The position numbers and the translations under genes are program-made. DNA of 40,039 nt, taken from IMG/VR virus record IMGVR_UViG_3300045988_148545; one strand, written 5' to 3'. The notes below the pieces were generated by a model. That model was not told the DNA's origin. It saw only the letters and a list, made by a program, of their open reading frames with translations, and searched no databases. The DNA comes from a virus. How positions within the stretch are numbered: the first letter of the stretch is position 1; each line of letters begins with the position of its first letter. Shown one piece after another: positions 22,131 to 31,842 of this stretch.

Positions 22131-22730
22131 ATGGAATGGTTAAAGGAATTGCTTGAAAAAGCACAGATTACAGATGGAAAGCTTAATGTTGATGAAGTAA
22201 TGGAAGCTGCAAAGAAAGAGTTTCCTAAGCACGCTGTACCAAAGAACGTGTTTAATGATAAATGCGAGGAATTGAAGACAGCTAATGCAACAATCACAAC
22301 ATTAAAGAAGGAAAATGGAGACAATGAGGAACTCCAGAATAAGATTAAGGATTATGAAGCAGAAATCGGAAATCTTAAGACTGCTGCGATTAATGCAACA
22401 AAGCAGTATGCATTAAAGGAACAGCTTACAAAGTCGGGAGTATTGGATCCTGATTATCTTATCTATAAGGCTGGTGGAATTGATAAGTTTACATTTGACA
22501 AGGACAACAATCCTATTGATGTTGACGAATCAATTAAGGCTTACAGGGAAGATAAGACTATGGCACATCTGTTTAAGCAGAAAGCAGGATATGAACCTAG
22601 CAAGGGTGGAAGTCCTACAAAGAATCCTTTTGCCAAGGAAACATTTAACTTAACAGAGCAGGGCAAGCTGCTTAAGGAGAATCCGGCACAGGCCAAGGAA
22701 ATGGCAGCAGCAGCCGGAATTACAATTTAA
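22131..22730 (+). CDS. Capsid scaffolding protein (phage GP20-like)
   Basis: MEWLKELLEKAQITDGKLNVDEV... helical and charged, positioned immediately upstream of the major capsid gene. ATG 22131 sits 8 nt after GGAGGT. Confidence 0.82.
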   Translation: MEWLKELLEKAQITDGKLNVDEVMEAAKKEFPKHAVPKNVFNDKCEELKTANATITTLKKENGDNEELQNKIKDYEAEIGNLKTAAINATKQYALKEQLTKSGVLDPDYLIYKAGGIDKFTFDKDNNPIDVDESIKAYREDKTMAHLFKQKAGYEPSKGGSPTKNPFAKETFNLTEQGKLLKENPAQAKEMAAAAGITI

Positions 22731-22760
22731 TGAAAAATTTAGGAAAGGTAGGTATTAGAA

Positions 22761-23771
22761 ATGCCAGGAACAACATTACAGGACGTAATTGTACCGGAGT
22801 TATTTACTCCATACGTATTAAACAGAACAATGGAATTATCAGCATTATTTAATAGTGGAATTGTTACAAACAATGCTGAATTTGATGCTTTGGCTTCTCA
22901 GGCATCACCATTAGTAACTATGCCATTCTTCGAGGATTTAACAGGAGAATCAGAGCAGGTAATTGAAGGAGCAGACCTTGAAGATAACAAAATTACTTCA
23001 AACAAGGATGTGGCAGCAGTATTAAGAAGAGCAAAAATGTGGAGCGCAACAGATTTATCAGCAGCACTTTCAGGAGCAGATCCAATGAAAGCAATCGGTG
23101 ATTTGGTGGCACAGTTCTGGGCAAGAGACATGCAGAAAGAACTTATTGCAATTCTTAATGGTGTGTTTGGAACAATTCCGGAAGTTAAGGAGCCACAGAA
23201 GGCAGCAGAAACAAGACTTGCATCTAATCTTTTAGATATTTCAGGTAATTCAGGAAATGCAGCTAATTGGAGTGGTTCAGCATTTATTGATGCAGAACAG
23301 AAATTAGGAGATGCTAAAGCACAGCTTACAGGTATTTGTATGCATTCAGCAACAGAAGCATACCTTAAGAAACAGAATCTTATCGAAACAGTACAGCCAT
23401 CAAATGATGTGGCATTTGGTACATATCAGGGTAAGAGAGTAATTATTGATGATGGATGTCCTTATGATTCAAAAACTAAGGCATATACAACATATCTTTT
23501 TGGTAATGGAGCAGTTGCATTAGGTAACGGAAATCCTGAAGGATTTGTTCCAACTGAAACTGATAGAGCAAAGAGAAAGGGTTCAGGTGTTGATTACCTT
23601 ATTAACAGAAGAACAACAATTCTTCATCCTAGAGGAATTGCCTTTACTAACGCAAATGTGGCAAAGACAGAAGGCCCTTCAAGAGTAGAACTTGCAGACC
23701 CATCTAACTGGAATCCTGTTTATGAGCCTAAGCAGATTAGAATTGTTGCATTTAAGCATAAATTAGGATAA
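22761..23771 (+). CDS. Major capsid protein
   Basis: 336 aa. Called from position after the scaffold gene, size and sequence pattern (MPGTTLQDVIVPELFTPYV...). Confidence 0.85.
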   Translation: MPGTTLQDVIVPELFTPYVLNRTMELSALFNSGIVTNNAEFDALASQASPLVTMPFFEDLTGESEQVIEGADLEDNKITSNKDVAAVLRRAKMWSATDLSAALSGADPMKAIGDLVAQFWARDMQKELIAILNGVFGTIPEVKEPQKAAETRLASNLLDISGNSGNAANWSGSAFIDAEQKLGDAKAQLTGICMHSATEAYLKKQNLIETVQPSNDVAFGTYQGKRVIIDDGCPYDSKTKAYTTYLFGNGAVALGNGNPEGFVPTETDRAKRKGSGVDYLINRRTTILHPRGIAFTNANVAKTEGPSRVELADPSNWNPVYEPKQIRIVAFKHKLG

Positions 23772-23785
23772 GGAGGGCATTATCT

Positions 23786-24691
23786 ATGGCAGTAAAAACA
23801 GTACAGGTTGTAATTAACGGACAAACCCATACTCTGACATATAATGCCACAACTAAGAAGTATGAGGCTACAATAACAGCTCCGTCAACATCATCATACA
23901 ATCAGAATGGACATTATTATAATGTTAAGGTTAAGGCTACTGATGAAGCTGGAAACAGTGTGACAAAGGATGCAACGGACACAACACTTGGTTCAAGCTT
24001 ACAGCTTAAGGTTAAGGAAAAGGTTGCACCTGTTATTTCAATAACAGCACCTTCATCTTCTGCTAAGTTGACTAATAACAAGCCTGTTATTAACTGGACT
24101 GTTACAGATGCAGATTCAGGTGTTAATCCATCAACAATTAAGCTTATTATTGATAGCCAGACTATTACAACAGGAATTACTAAGACACAGTCAGGAAAGA
24201 ATTATACATGTAGTTATACACCAACTACAGCTTTGTCAGATGAAACTCACACAATTAAGGTATCCGCAAGTGATTATGATGGTAATGTTGCAACTCAGAA
24301 GAGTGTAACATTTACTGTTGACACTGTTCCACCTGAATTGTCAGTATCAGCACCGGTTGACAATCTTGTTACAAATCAGTCATCTCTTGTTGTTAAGGGT
24401 ACTACTAATGATGTTACAAGCTCACCGGTAACTCTTACTATTAAGCTTAATGGTGGATCTGAACAGACTGTTGAAGTTGGAAGTGATGGAAGCTTTACAA
24501 AGACACTTACATTAGTGACAGGAGAAAACACCATTGTCATTACGGCAAAGGATGGAGCAGGAAAGACATCTACAGTTACAAAGAAGGTTGTACTTGACCA
24601 GACTGCACCGGTTATTCAGTCAGTTACTATTTTACCAAATCCGGTTAATGCCGGCGCAACATATACAATTTCTGTGGAGGTTACAGACTAA
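23786..24691 (+). CDS. Ig-like (Big) repeat protein, possible capsid decoration/adhesion protein
   Basis: 301 aa. Three or four beta-rich, Thr/Ser/Val-rich modules, each with a D-x-A/D-G-N/K motif (TDEAGNS, SDYDGNV, KDGAGKT). SD AAGGAGGG. Confidence 0.75.
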   Translation: MAVKTVQVVINGQTHTLTYNATTKKYEATITAPSTSSYNQNGHYYNVKVKATDEAGNSVTKDATDTTLGSSLQLKVKEKVAPVISITAPSSSAKLTNNKPVINWTVTDADSGVNPSTIKLIIDSQTITTGITKTQSGKNYTCSYTPTTALSDETHTIKVSASDYDGNVATQKSVTFTVDTVPPELSVSAPVDNLVTNQSSLVVKGTTNDVTSSPVTLTIKLNGGSEQTVEVGSDGSFTKTLTLVTGENTIVITAKDGAGKTSTVTKKVVLDQTAPVIQSVTILPNPVNAGATYTISVEVTD

Positions 24692-25060
24692 ATGGTAGTA
24701 AGGCTTATTGGTAAAGTGGAAGGTCAGGATGTTATCTTTACGAGAGTAAGGGGAGACATTTGGACCGCCGAGGTACCGGCACAAAAGAATGGAAGGTATG
24801 TAATGGAACTTACTGCATTTGATGAAGCCGGAAACATAGCATATTGTACTGATGTTTTGTTTTCTTATGATGCAACGGCAATGAAATTTACCATTGAGCC
24901 ATTACCATACCAATGTACATACATTAATGATGATTATGAAATTGGTTTTGTAACGTCAGAATATGACATTGAAAAGGAAAATGATAATTATTTTTCTGAA
25001 TTGTCAGAAAGCAGTTTTTGTATAGAACTATTAAGAAGAGGTGATGCGTGTGAACATTAA
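24692..25060 (+). CDS. Ig-like-domain protein (122 aa), paralogous module to the preceding gene
   Basis: Carries the same FDEAGN motif. TAAATG stop/start junction with the previous gene. Confidence 0.6.
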   Translation: MVVRLIGKVEGQDVIFTRVRGDIWTAEVPAQKNGRYVMELTAFDEAGNIAYCTDVLFSYDATAMKFTIEPLPYQCTYINDDYEIGFVTSEYDIEKENDNYFSELSESSFCIELLRRGDACEH

Positions 25061-25316
25061 CTTTATTTTAGGTGAGGATAAATATTTAAAATTTCTTGTT
25101 AAGTCTACAAAAAACGAGGAATTTGAAATATCAAGGGCAACATATAAGCTCTATAAGGACAGGGAACTTGAAACAGAAGGAAACTGCACCATAAATGAGC
25201 ATTGCATTACGGTGAAGTTGAATCCTTTAAGCAAGTCAATGCGATATTGTTTGGAGATTACATATTATATTGCTGATGAAATCCTGAAAAAGAGAGTACA
25301 AATTGAGGTGGTTTGA
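25044..25316 (+). CDS. Hypothetical head-associated protein (90 aa)
   Basis: ORF in the structural gene train. Start is ambiguous (GTG 25041, ATG 25044 or GTG 25050). Confidence 0.55.
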   Translation: MRVNINFILGEDKYLKFLVKSTKNEEFEISRATYKLYKDRELETEGNCTINEHCITVKLNPLSKSMRYCLEITYYIADEILKKRVQIEVV

Positions 25317-25495
25317 TGAATAAAAACATCATTATTGATGCAAGGTTAAGTAAGCAGACTGTAAACTGCGGAGAAACATTTTCAATATCCGTCTCAATTA
25401 TTTCGAATGATTATTTATCATTGTATAAACATTCTGAATTAAAATCATACACGCATTCACAGCTAAAGGAAGGAGATGGAGTTATTGGAAGATAA
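25316..25495 (+). CDS. Hypothetical protein (59 aa)
   Basis: ATG 25316 sits 4 nt after GAGGTGG and overlaps the previous stop. Confidence 0.45.
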   Translation: MNKNIIIDARLSKQTVNCGETFSISVSIISNDYLSLYKHSELKSYTHSQLKEGDGVIGR

Positions 25496-25856
25496 GGTCA
25501 TAGAATTGTTGAAGAACATTGGCTATGAATATTCGGAAGATGATTATTCATTATTGATGTTTTGCATTGATAAGGTTGTGTCTGAGTTAAATTCCAGATG
25601 CCATGTTAAGAAACTTCCAAAGGGATTGTTTGAATCAGCCTGTGAAAGAGTGTGCGGTGAATTTTTGTATTTGCTTAAGACAACAGGTAAGCTTGAAGAA
25701 TTTGACTTAGAGCAGGCAGTAAGTTCTGTAAAGGTAGGAGATACTTCTGTTAATTTCAGTGGCACATCTTCTGATGAGGCTTTTAATGTTATGCTGAACA
25801 GATTAAGGTGCAGTGGAGAGGAGCTGATTAAATGCTTTCGAAAAATACAGTTTTAA
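25476..25856 (+). CDS. Head-tail connector/adaptor protein (gp6/gp15-like)
   Basis: 126 aa. Called from position and the N-terminal pattern LLKNIGYEYSEDDYSLLMFCIDKVVSEL, typical of head-tail connector proteins. Confidence 0.65.
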   Translation: MELLEDKVIELLKNIGYEYSEDDYSLLMFCIDKVVSELNSRCHVKKLPKGLFESACERVCGEFLYLLKTTGKLEEFDLEQAVSSVKVGDTSVNFSGTSSDEAFNVMLNRLRCSGEELIKCFRKIQF

Positions 25857-26203
25857 GAACCAGAAAGGCAATAGAAATGTCATATGACTTTAGGGCTGAT
25901 ATTTTTGAAAAGAAAAAGGTTGTTGTTTCTTCTGTGACTAACTTTAAAGAGGTAATGGTGCAGTCAGATGTTTGTTGCAGACTTTCTTACAGCAATATAA
26001 GTTCCAATTCAGAGAATGAGGCTGATTCAGATGTTACTCAGGTCATTAAATTGTTTATGGCACCTGAAATCAATGTTAAGCCGGGTTCTAAAATATTGGT
26101 AAAGGGCGTTGGTGGTGTGGTAGCCTACAAAAGTAGTGGAAGACCTGCGGTTTATCCTACACATCAGGAGATTTTGCTTGATTTGGTGGAGGATAAGGCG
26201 TGA
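25832..26203 (+). CDS. Putative head-closure / head-tail joining protein
   Basis: 123 aa. Called from position between the adaptor and the gp10-like gene. Weak pattern similarity only. Confidence 0.5.
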   Translation: MLSKNTVLRTRKAIEMSYDFRADIFEKKKVVVSSVTNFKEVMVQSDVCCRLSYSNISSNSENEADSDVTQVIKLFMAPEINVKPGSKILVKGVGGVVAYKSSGRPAVYPTHQEILLDLVEDKA

Positions 26204-26661
26204 GTGATTCTAAAATTGATTGTAAGCAGTTGGAGCAGTTAAGGGACAGTCTTGAAGCAATGGCAAGAAATTCTGATGATTTTTTTGAAGCTGCATCAAG
26301 GGAGATTGCTGCAAGACTTCTTGCAAAAGTAATTAAAAGAACTCCGGTAGGTACGTATCCTTCCAATTCAGGAAAAGTAGGTGGAACGCTTAGAAGAGGA
26401 TGGACGGCTGGAACCAATCAGGCTGCAACGTCTTATGCAGATTCTCTTACTGTTCATCATTTCGGTGATACATATGTAATAGAGATTATCAATCCTGTTG
26501 AATATGCATCATATGTTGAGTTTGGCCATAGAACGGCAAACGGGACAGGATGGGTTGAAGGAAAGTATATGCTTACTTTGTCTGAACAAGAGATTAGGCA
26601 GAGTGCCCCGGGTATTCTTGAAGCTAAGTTGAAAAAATGGTTATCAGGAGCAGTTAAATGA
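26200..26661 (+). CDS. HK97 gp10-family tail-completion/neck protein
   Basis: AARLLAKVIKRTPVGTYP...GGTLRRGW...VEYASYVEFGHRT is the HK97-gp10-like pattern. Confidence 0.82.
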   Translation: MSDSKIDCKQLEQLRDSLEAMARNSDDFFEAASREIAARLLAKVIKRTPVGTYPSNSGKVGGTLRRGWTAGTNQAATSYADSLTVHHFGDTYVIEIINPVEYASYVEFGHRTANGTGWVEGKYMLTLSEQEIRQSAPGILEAKLKKWLSGAVK

Positions 26662-27107
26662 TAAGTAAGATGATTGAAGGGATTGTAAGACAGATAAGGC
26701 AGTCCTACGGTGAAGAAAAATATGAGATATATACAGAAGCAGTGAAACAGAGCCTAAAAGAGCCTTGTTTTTCTGTTTTGTGCTTAAATCCTTCCTTAAG
26801 ACGTAAACTTGGACCACGATTTCTAAAGACAGTTCCATTTATTATCAGGTATTGGCCTAAGAGTGATAATTGTCATGGTGAAGGAATGGAAGTGCTGGAA
26901 GAATTACAGTACTTGTTAAAGGATATTGAGGTTGATGGATTTAAGCTTCATTCAGCAGAAATGACAGGTCAGATGGTTGACGGTGTTTTACAGTTTCAGG
27001 TAACTTATGAAACATTTGTTATGGAGAAACAGGAAGACAAGGATAAGTTTGAAAGTTATGAAATAAGAACAGGTGTAGGAGGTTTAACAGATGGAAGCAA
27101 AGAATAA
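26658..27107 (+). CDS. Putative tail terminator/neck protein (XkdJ-position)
   Basis: 149 aa. Called by synteny only. Confidence 0.5.
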   Translation: MISKMIEGIVRQIRQSYGEEKYEIYTEAVKQSLKEPCFSVLCLNPSLRRKLGPRFLKTVPFIIRYWPKSDNCHGEGMEVLEELQYLLKDIEVDGFKLHSAEMTGQMVDGVLQFQVTYETFVMEKQEDKDKFESYEIRTGVGGLTDGSKE

Positions 27108-27264
27108 GGCATCTGTAAAATACGGAAAAAGCGAATTGATGAAGTCAAAAAGGTTTTTACAGGACAGGGATATTTTAAACGCTCTGTTGAATGATGAAGA
27201 TGAATATTCCGTTGAAGAAGCAGATGATATTTTGAAAAAATGGAAGAAAGGAAAGGTAAACTAA
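27091..27264 (+). CDS. Small conserved-position protein (57 aa) immediately upstream of the sheath gene
   Basis: Too short for the ORF track. ATG 27091 after GTAGGAGGT. MEAKNKASVKYGKSELMKSKRFLQDRDILNALLNDEDEYSVEEADDILKKWKKGKVN*. The stop abuts the sheath ATG. Confidence 0.55.
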   Translation: MEAKNKASVKYGKSELMKSKRFLQDRDILNALLNDEDEYSVEEADDILKKWKKGKVN

Positions 27265-28557
27265 ATGGCATTAGGAGGTGGAACATTTACAGCACAGAAT
27301 AAGGTTCTTCCGGGAACTTATGTAAATGTTATTAGTAGAAATTCAATTAAGAACAATACGGAAAGTGGCGTGGTTGCCATGCCAATATGTTTGGACTGGG
27401 GACCTGATGATAAGATTTTTGAAGTGACTGCTGATGAATTTGAAAAGGTTGCATTGGAAGTTTTCGGAAGAAGTCCATATGATGGAAATCTTATTAATGT
27501 TAGGGAAGTGTTTAAACATGCAAGTAAAGGTTTGTTTTTTAAGATTAACAATAATGGAGCAAAGGCAGGTTGTAAGTATGCAGATGCCAAGTGTAAGGGC
27601 TCAAGAGGAAATTCAATAAAGATTGTTATCAAGAAAAACATTGATCAGACAGAAAAGTATGACGTGTCAACCTATATGGATACAACATTAGTTGACATTC
27701 AGACAGTAGCAAATTCAGGTGAATTAAAAGACAATGCATTTATTGAATGGAAGGAATCATTTGAACTTGAAGAAACTGCCGGAACATTCTTAACAGGAGG
27801 TACAGGTGGAATTAATGATAAGCCAACAAATGAGGCTCATATAATGTTTATGCAGTTATTGGAGAATTACGCTTTTAATGTGGTTGTGGTAATGGAAACA
27901 GACACAAAATTACAGGAAGTATACAAGTCCTGGACAATAAGAATGCGTGATGAAATGGGTATTAAGTTTCAGACTGTAATGTATAATTGTGAAGCTGATT
28001 ATGAGGGAATCATTAATGTTATGAACACAAAGGATGTTGTTCCCTGGGTTGCAGGAGCAGAAGCAGCCTGTGGTGTCAATAAGGCTTGTACAAATATGTT
28101 ATATGATGGAGAACTGGAAGAAATTAACTGTCAGTATACTCAGGCAGAACTTGAAAATGCCATAACTTCAGGAAAGTTTGTTATTCATAAGTGCGGTGAT
28201 GAACTTAGGGTTTTAAGAGACATTAATTCCCTTACAACAGTAACAGAGGATAAGGGGAGCATTTTTCAGGAAAATCAGACAATTCGTGTGATTGATTACA
28301 TTGCAGACAATGTGGCATCTGTTTTTAATAAGAAATATATTGGAAAAATTTCTAATGACAATGCAGGTAGAGTATCACTTAAGAATGATGTCAGAAGCAT
28401 TTTTAATTATCTTGTAGATACAAGAGCAATAGAGAAATTTAGTGATGACGATATTGTTGTTGAAAAGGGTGAAGATAAGAAAGCGGTAGTAATTAATACA
28501 AATATTACTATTGTAGGTGTAATGGAAAAACTTTATATGACTACGATCATAGATTAG
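27265..28557 (+). CDS. Contractile tail sheath protein (XkdK-like)
   Basis: 430 aa. The N terminus, GGGTFTAQNKVLPGTYVNV, is typical of PBSX/SPO1-type sheath proteins. The tube gene follows. Confidence 0.92.
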   Translation: MALGGGTFTAQNKVLPGTYVNVISRNSIKNNTESGVVAMPICLDWGPDDKIFEVTADEFEKVALEVFGRSPYDGNLINVREVFKHASKGLFFKINNNGAKAGCKYADAKCKGSRGNSIKIVIKKNIDQTEKYDVSTYMDTTLVDIQTVANSGELKDNAFIEWKESFELEETAGTFLTGGTGGINDKPTNEAHIMFMQLLENYAFNVVVVMETDTKLQEVYKSWTIRMRDEMGIKFQTVMYNCEADYEGIINVMNTKDVVPWVAGAEAACGVNKACTNMLYDGELEEINCQYTQAELENAITSGKFVIHKCGDELRVLRDINSLTTVTEDKGSIFQENQTIRVIDYIADNVASVFNKKYIGKISNDNAGRVSLKNDVRSIFNYLVDTRAIEKFSDDDIVVEKGEDKKAVVINTNITIVGVMEKLYMTTIID

Positions 28558-28574
28558 GAAGGAGGCAGTAAAGA

Positions 28575-29045
28575 ATGAGTGGATTTATGAATACTAATGA
28601 TGCACCATCAAGTAAGTTAGCAACATTATACTGTACTGTTGGAGGCAGAAGATACGCAATGCTTAATGCTAAGAATTTTGAAGCAAAGGCAAATGTTAGT
28701 CTTGCCGATGTACCGATTCTTGGTAAAACCATTAAAGGCAAAAAGCCAAGTGGATTGGAAATTAAAATAAAAATGACTTTGTATAAGTGTACGGAGGCTT
28801 TTGATAGACTTGTGGAAGAATACAAGAATACAGGAATGCTTCCAACTTTTGAAGCCGAGGTTGAATCAAATGATCCGGCAACATCAATGGGAGCATCAGG
28901 GAAAACTTATCATCAGTGTATGATAGAAGGAGATGTTCTTTTATCTTCATTTGATGCGGATGGAGATTTTATTGAACAGGACATTGAGGCATATGCAATG
29001 GACTACAGCAAGGATTCAGAATATAAGGAACCTGCATATATGTAA
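28575..29045 (+). CDS. Tail tube protein (XkdM-like)
   Basis: 156 aa, positioned after the sheath gene. SD GGAAGGAGG. Confidence 0.86.
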   Translation: MSGFMNTNDAPSSKLATLYCTVGGRRYAMLNAKNFEAKANVSLADVPILGKTIKGKKPSGLEIKIKMTLYKCTEAFDRLVEEYKNTGMLPTFEAEVESNDPATSMGASGKTYHQCMIEGDVLLSSFDADGDFIEQDIEAYAMDYSKDSEYKEPAYM

Positions 29046-29053
29046 TAGTAAAG

Positions 29054-29095
29054 TGGATAAGGAGAACTAAAAATCTTCTTATCCATTATTTTTTA
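29054..29095 (+). terminator. Terminator/attenuator hairpin after the tube gene
   Basis: TGGATAAGGA-N12-TTCTTATCCA forms 10 pairs (one G.U) and is followed by TTATTTTTT. Confidence 0.65.
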
Positions 29096-29114
29096 GAAAG
29101 AGAAGGTAAGGAAT

Positions 29115-29549
29115 ATGGCAACTAATTTAAGTGCTTTTTTAAAGAAAAATAAGAAATATAAGGATGACGTGGCATATAAGGTAACCGCTTCATTATGTGA
29201 CGAAAATGGAACTCCATTGGATTGGAAGATTAAGGCAGTTTCAACTGAGGAATATGAAAGAATTAGAGAAAAGTGTACAACAGAGGTTCAGGTTACAGGA
29301 AAGCCGGGTGTTTACAGACAAAAATTTAATTCTTCATTGTTTATTGTAAAGCTGATGTGTGCATCTGTTGCAGAACCTGATTTATACAATAAGGAATTAC
29401 AGGATTCTTATGGTGTAATGAATCCGGAAGACTTAATTAAGCAGATGATTGATAATCCGGGAGAATATAATGAGTTTGCTGAATTTATTCAGAAGTTTAA
29501 CGGATTTGACGAAACATTACAGGATAAAGTTAACGAAGCAAAAAACTAA
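29115..29549 (+). CDS. Tail assembly chaperone (XkdN-like), zero-frame product
   Basis: 144 aa, positioned between the tube and tape-measure genes. It ends ...NEAKN*. Confidence 0.85.
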   Translation: MATNLSAFLKKNKKYKDDVAYKVTASLCDENGTPLDWKIKAVSTEEYERIREKCTTEVQVTGKPGVYRQKFNSSLFIVKLMCASVAEPDLYNKELQDSYGVMNPEDLIKQMIDNPGEYNEFAEFIQKFNGFDETLQDKVNEAKN

Positions 29550-29725
29550 TAGATGAAGGTGATCCTGATTCAATGTATGCATATTACTGTCTACATAAAT
29601 TTCATTGGACACCTTCATTTTTTATGAGTTTGGATAAAAATGAGAGAGCTTTTGTGATTGCTTCCATTAATGCAAGAGTTGAGCAGGAAGAGGAAGAAAG
29701 CAAGAAAGTTGGAAAGGTAAGGTAA
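29115..29725 (+). CDS. Tail assembly chaperone, -1 frameshift fusion product (G/GT-type)
   Basis: After the slip the sequence reads ...NEAKK-LIDEGDPDSMYAYYCLHKFHWTPSFFMSLDKNERAFVIASINARVEQEEEESKKVGKVR*. The extension has no start codon or SD of its own and ends 4 nt before the tape-measure ATG. Confidence 0.6.
29540..29546 (+). promoter_or_regulatory. -1 programmed frameshift slippery heptamer A_AAA_AAC
   Basis: Canonical X_XXY_YYZ heptamer, ending one nt before the zero-frame stop codon (TAA 29547-29549). The -1 frame is open from 29534 to TAA 29723-29725. Confidence 0.6.
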
Positions 29726-29729
29726 AGAG

Positions 29730-31841
29730 ATGGCATCAATAATGACTTCATTTCAGTTAACAGACAGAATGACGGCACCGCTTATGAACATAACTAATGC
29801 TGTCTCAACTGTAATTAATGAATGTGAAAGAGCCCAAGGCGTGTCAGGAAACATGTTTAATACTTCTAAATTAGCTTCTGCCAGAACAAATTTAGGATTG
29901 GCAGATGCAGAGATTAAGCAGATAGCAAGTGACACGTCAAGAGCTTCAATAAGTCAAGAAACATACAATGGTAAAGTAAGAGAGGGGACAAATTCAGCAA
30001 AAGGATTATTTTCCACAGTTAAAGGTTTGGTAGCTTCTCTTGGTGGAATATTTCTTATAAGACAGGGAGCCAGCTTTATAGGTGAATGTAATGAAAAGGT
30101 ATCTCAATTACATCAGGCAGAGACAAAACTTACTGAAGTAATGGGTGCAATGCAGGGAGCAGGAACATCACAGGTTAATATGATGAAAAATCTTGCTTCA
30201 GAGATAAGTGGTTATGGTGTTGTTGGAAAGACAGCTTTAATAAATGGAGCGCAACAGGCATCAACATATTTTCATCAGACAGATGCAGTTAAAACTTTGT
30301 TACCTAAGATGGCTGACTTAGCGGTTCAGATGCATGGTGTTAATGTTACTAATGAGGATATGGTTAATATCGGTAATATGACAGGTAAGGTTATGACTGG
30401 TCAGGTTGGAGCATTAAGACGTGCAGGCATTTCATTTACGGATTATCAGGAAAAGGTAATGAAAAATGGAACTGAGATGGAAAAGGCTAATATGTTGGCT
30501 CAGGTAATAGAGCAGAATGTAGGAAAGATGAATGAAACAATGGCTAAAACCCCTGAGGGAGTAATGGCAAGAAATAAAAGGGATTTTGATGCGGTTAAAA
30601 CAACTATAGGTCAACAGGTACAGCCGGCGATTGTTAGTATGTTTAATGCAATACATAACAATCTGCCAACCATACAGCTTTTAGCAACCGGGTTTGGAAA
30701 TGCTACAGTCTTAGTAATGGGAGCAATAACAGGAATTATTAACATTGGAACGCAAATGATTAATTTCTTTAAATATAATTGGACATTAATTGAACCTATT
30801 ATATGGGGAATAGTTGCAGCATTAATTGTTTATAATGCAACAATGGGAATAGACTGGCTTACAACATTAAAAGATATAGGTGCAAAGGCATTACATGTGG
30901 TATCTAGTGCAGCATGTACAGCGGCTATTATAGCAATGACATTTGCACAGGATGGATTAAATGCCGCATTGTCATTATGTCCGTTAACAGGGATTATTAT
31001 TGCTATTATTGCGGTAATAGCAGCTATTTATCTGGTTGTGGCAGCAATTAACAAGGTGCAGAATAAAACCCGTTCTGCTACAGGTGTGATTTTTGGTGTA
31101 GTGGCATCAGCAGGAGCAGCAATCATAAATGTAGGAATAGGAACGATTAATGCAATAATTCAGGCTGTATGGAGTATTTTTGTTCAGCCTTTTATTGGCA
31201 TAATTGAATGGATTTTAAATGTTACAAATGGTGGATTTGATTCTTTTGGTGGTGCAGTTGCAAATCTGATAGGTCAGATTATATCATGGTTTTTAAGTCT
31301 TGGAAAAGTTGTTACCAAGATTATAGATGCCATATTTGGAACAGATTGGACCAGTGGATTAACTTCTTTACAAGATACAGTTACTTCTTGGGGTAAAAAT
31401 GAAAATTCAATTACATTAAATAAAGAAGCTCCAAGCATTGATTACAGAATTAATTATGGTGATGCTTATGGAAAAGGATATGATCTGGGAAAAGGTGTTG
31501 AAAATAAGGTTAAGAATACTTTTGGTAATCTTTTTAAGAAAGGTGAAACAAAGGATAAAGACTATAGCTATGGAACAGATGCCATTACAAATAACACGGC
31601 TGAAACAGCAGCAAACACTGCAAAAACATCGGATTCATTGGATATTACAAATCAGCAACTTAAGTATATAAAGGATTATGCAGAACAGAGAGCAATTAAC
31701 AGATTTACAACAGCAAAAATCAGTGTAGATATGTCAAATGTTATTAATGGTTCTTCAAAAGCTGATATGGAAGGAATAGTTACTCATTTAAAGACAAGAT
31801 TGGAAGAAGAAATGTCAGCAGTAGCGGAAGGGGTGCATTAG
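29730..31841 (+). CDS. Tail tape measure protein
   Basis: 703 aa, helical, with a long Gly/Ala/Ile-rich hydrophobic central block. Canonical position. Confidence 0.92.
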   Translation: MASIMTSFQLTDRMTAPLMNITNAVSTVINECERAQGVSGNMFNTSKLASARTNLGLADAEIKQIASDTSRASISQETYNGKVREGTNSAKGLFSTVKGLVASLGGIFLIRQGASFIGECNEKVSQLHQAETKLTEVMGAMQGAGTSQVNMMKNLASEISGYGVVGKTALINGAQQASTYFHQTDAVKTLLPKMADLAVQMHGVNVTNEDMVNIGNMTGKVMTGQVGALRRAGISFTDYQEKVMKNGTEMEKANMLAQVIEQNVGKMNETMAKTPEGVMARNKRDFDAVKTTIGQQVQPAIVSMFNAIHNNLPTIQLLATGFGNATVLVMGAITGIINIGTQMINFFKYNWTLIEPIIWGIVAALIVYNATMGIDWLTTLKDIGAKALHVVSSAACTAAIIAMTFAQDGLNAALSLCPLTGIIIAIIAVIAAIYLVVAAINKVQNKTRSATGVIFGVVASAGAAIINVGIGTINAIIQAVWSIFVQPFIGIIEWILNVTNGGFDSFGGAVANLIGQIISWFLSLGKVVTKIIDAIFGTDWTSGLTSLQDTVTSWGKNENSITLNKEAPSIDYRINYGDAYGKGYDLGKGVENKVKNTFGNLFKKGETKDKDYSYGTDAITNNTAETAANTAKTSDSLDITNQQLKYIKDYAEQRAINRFTTAKISVDMSNVINGSSKADMEGIVTHLKTRLEEEMSAVAEGVH

Positions 31842-31842
31842 A

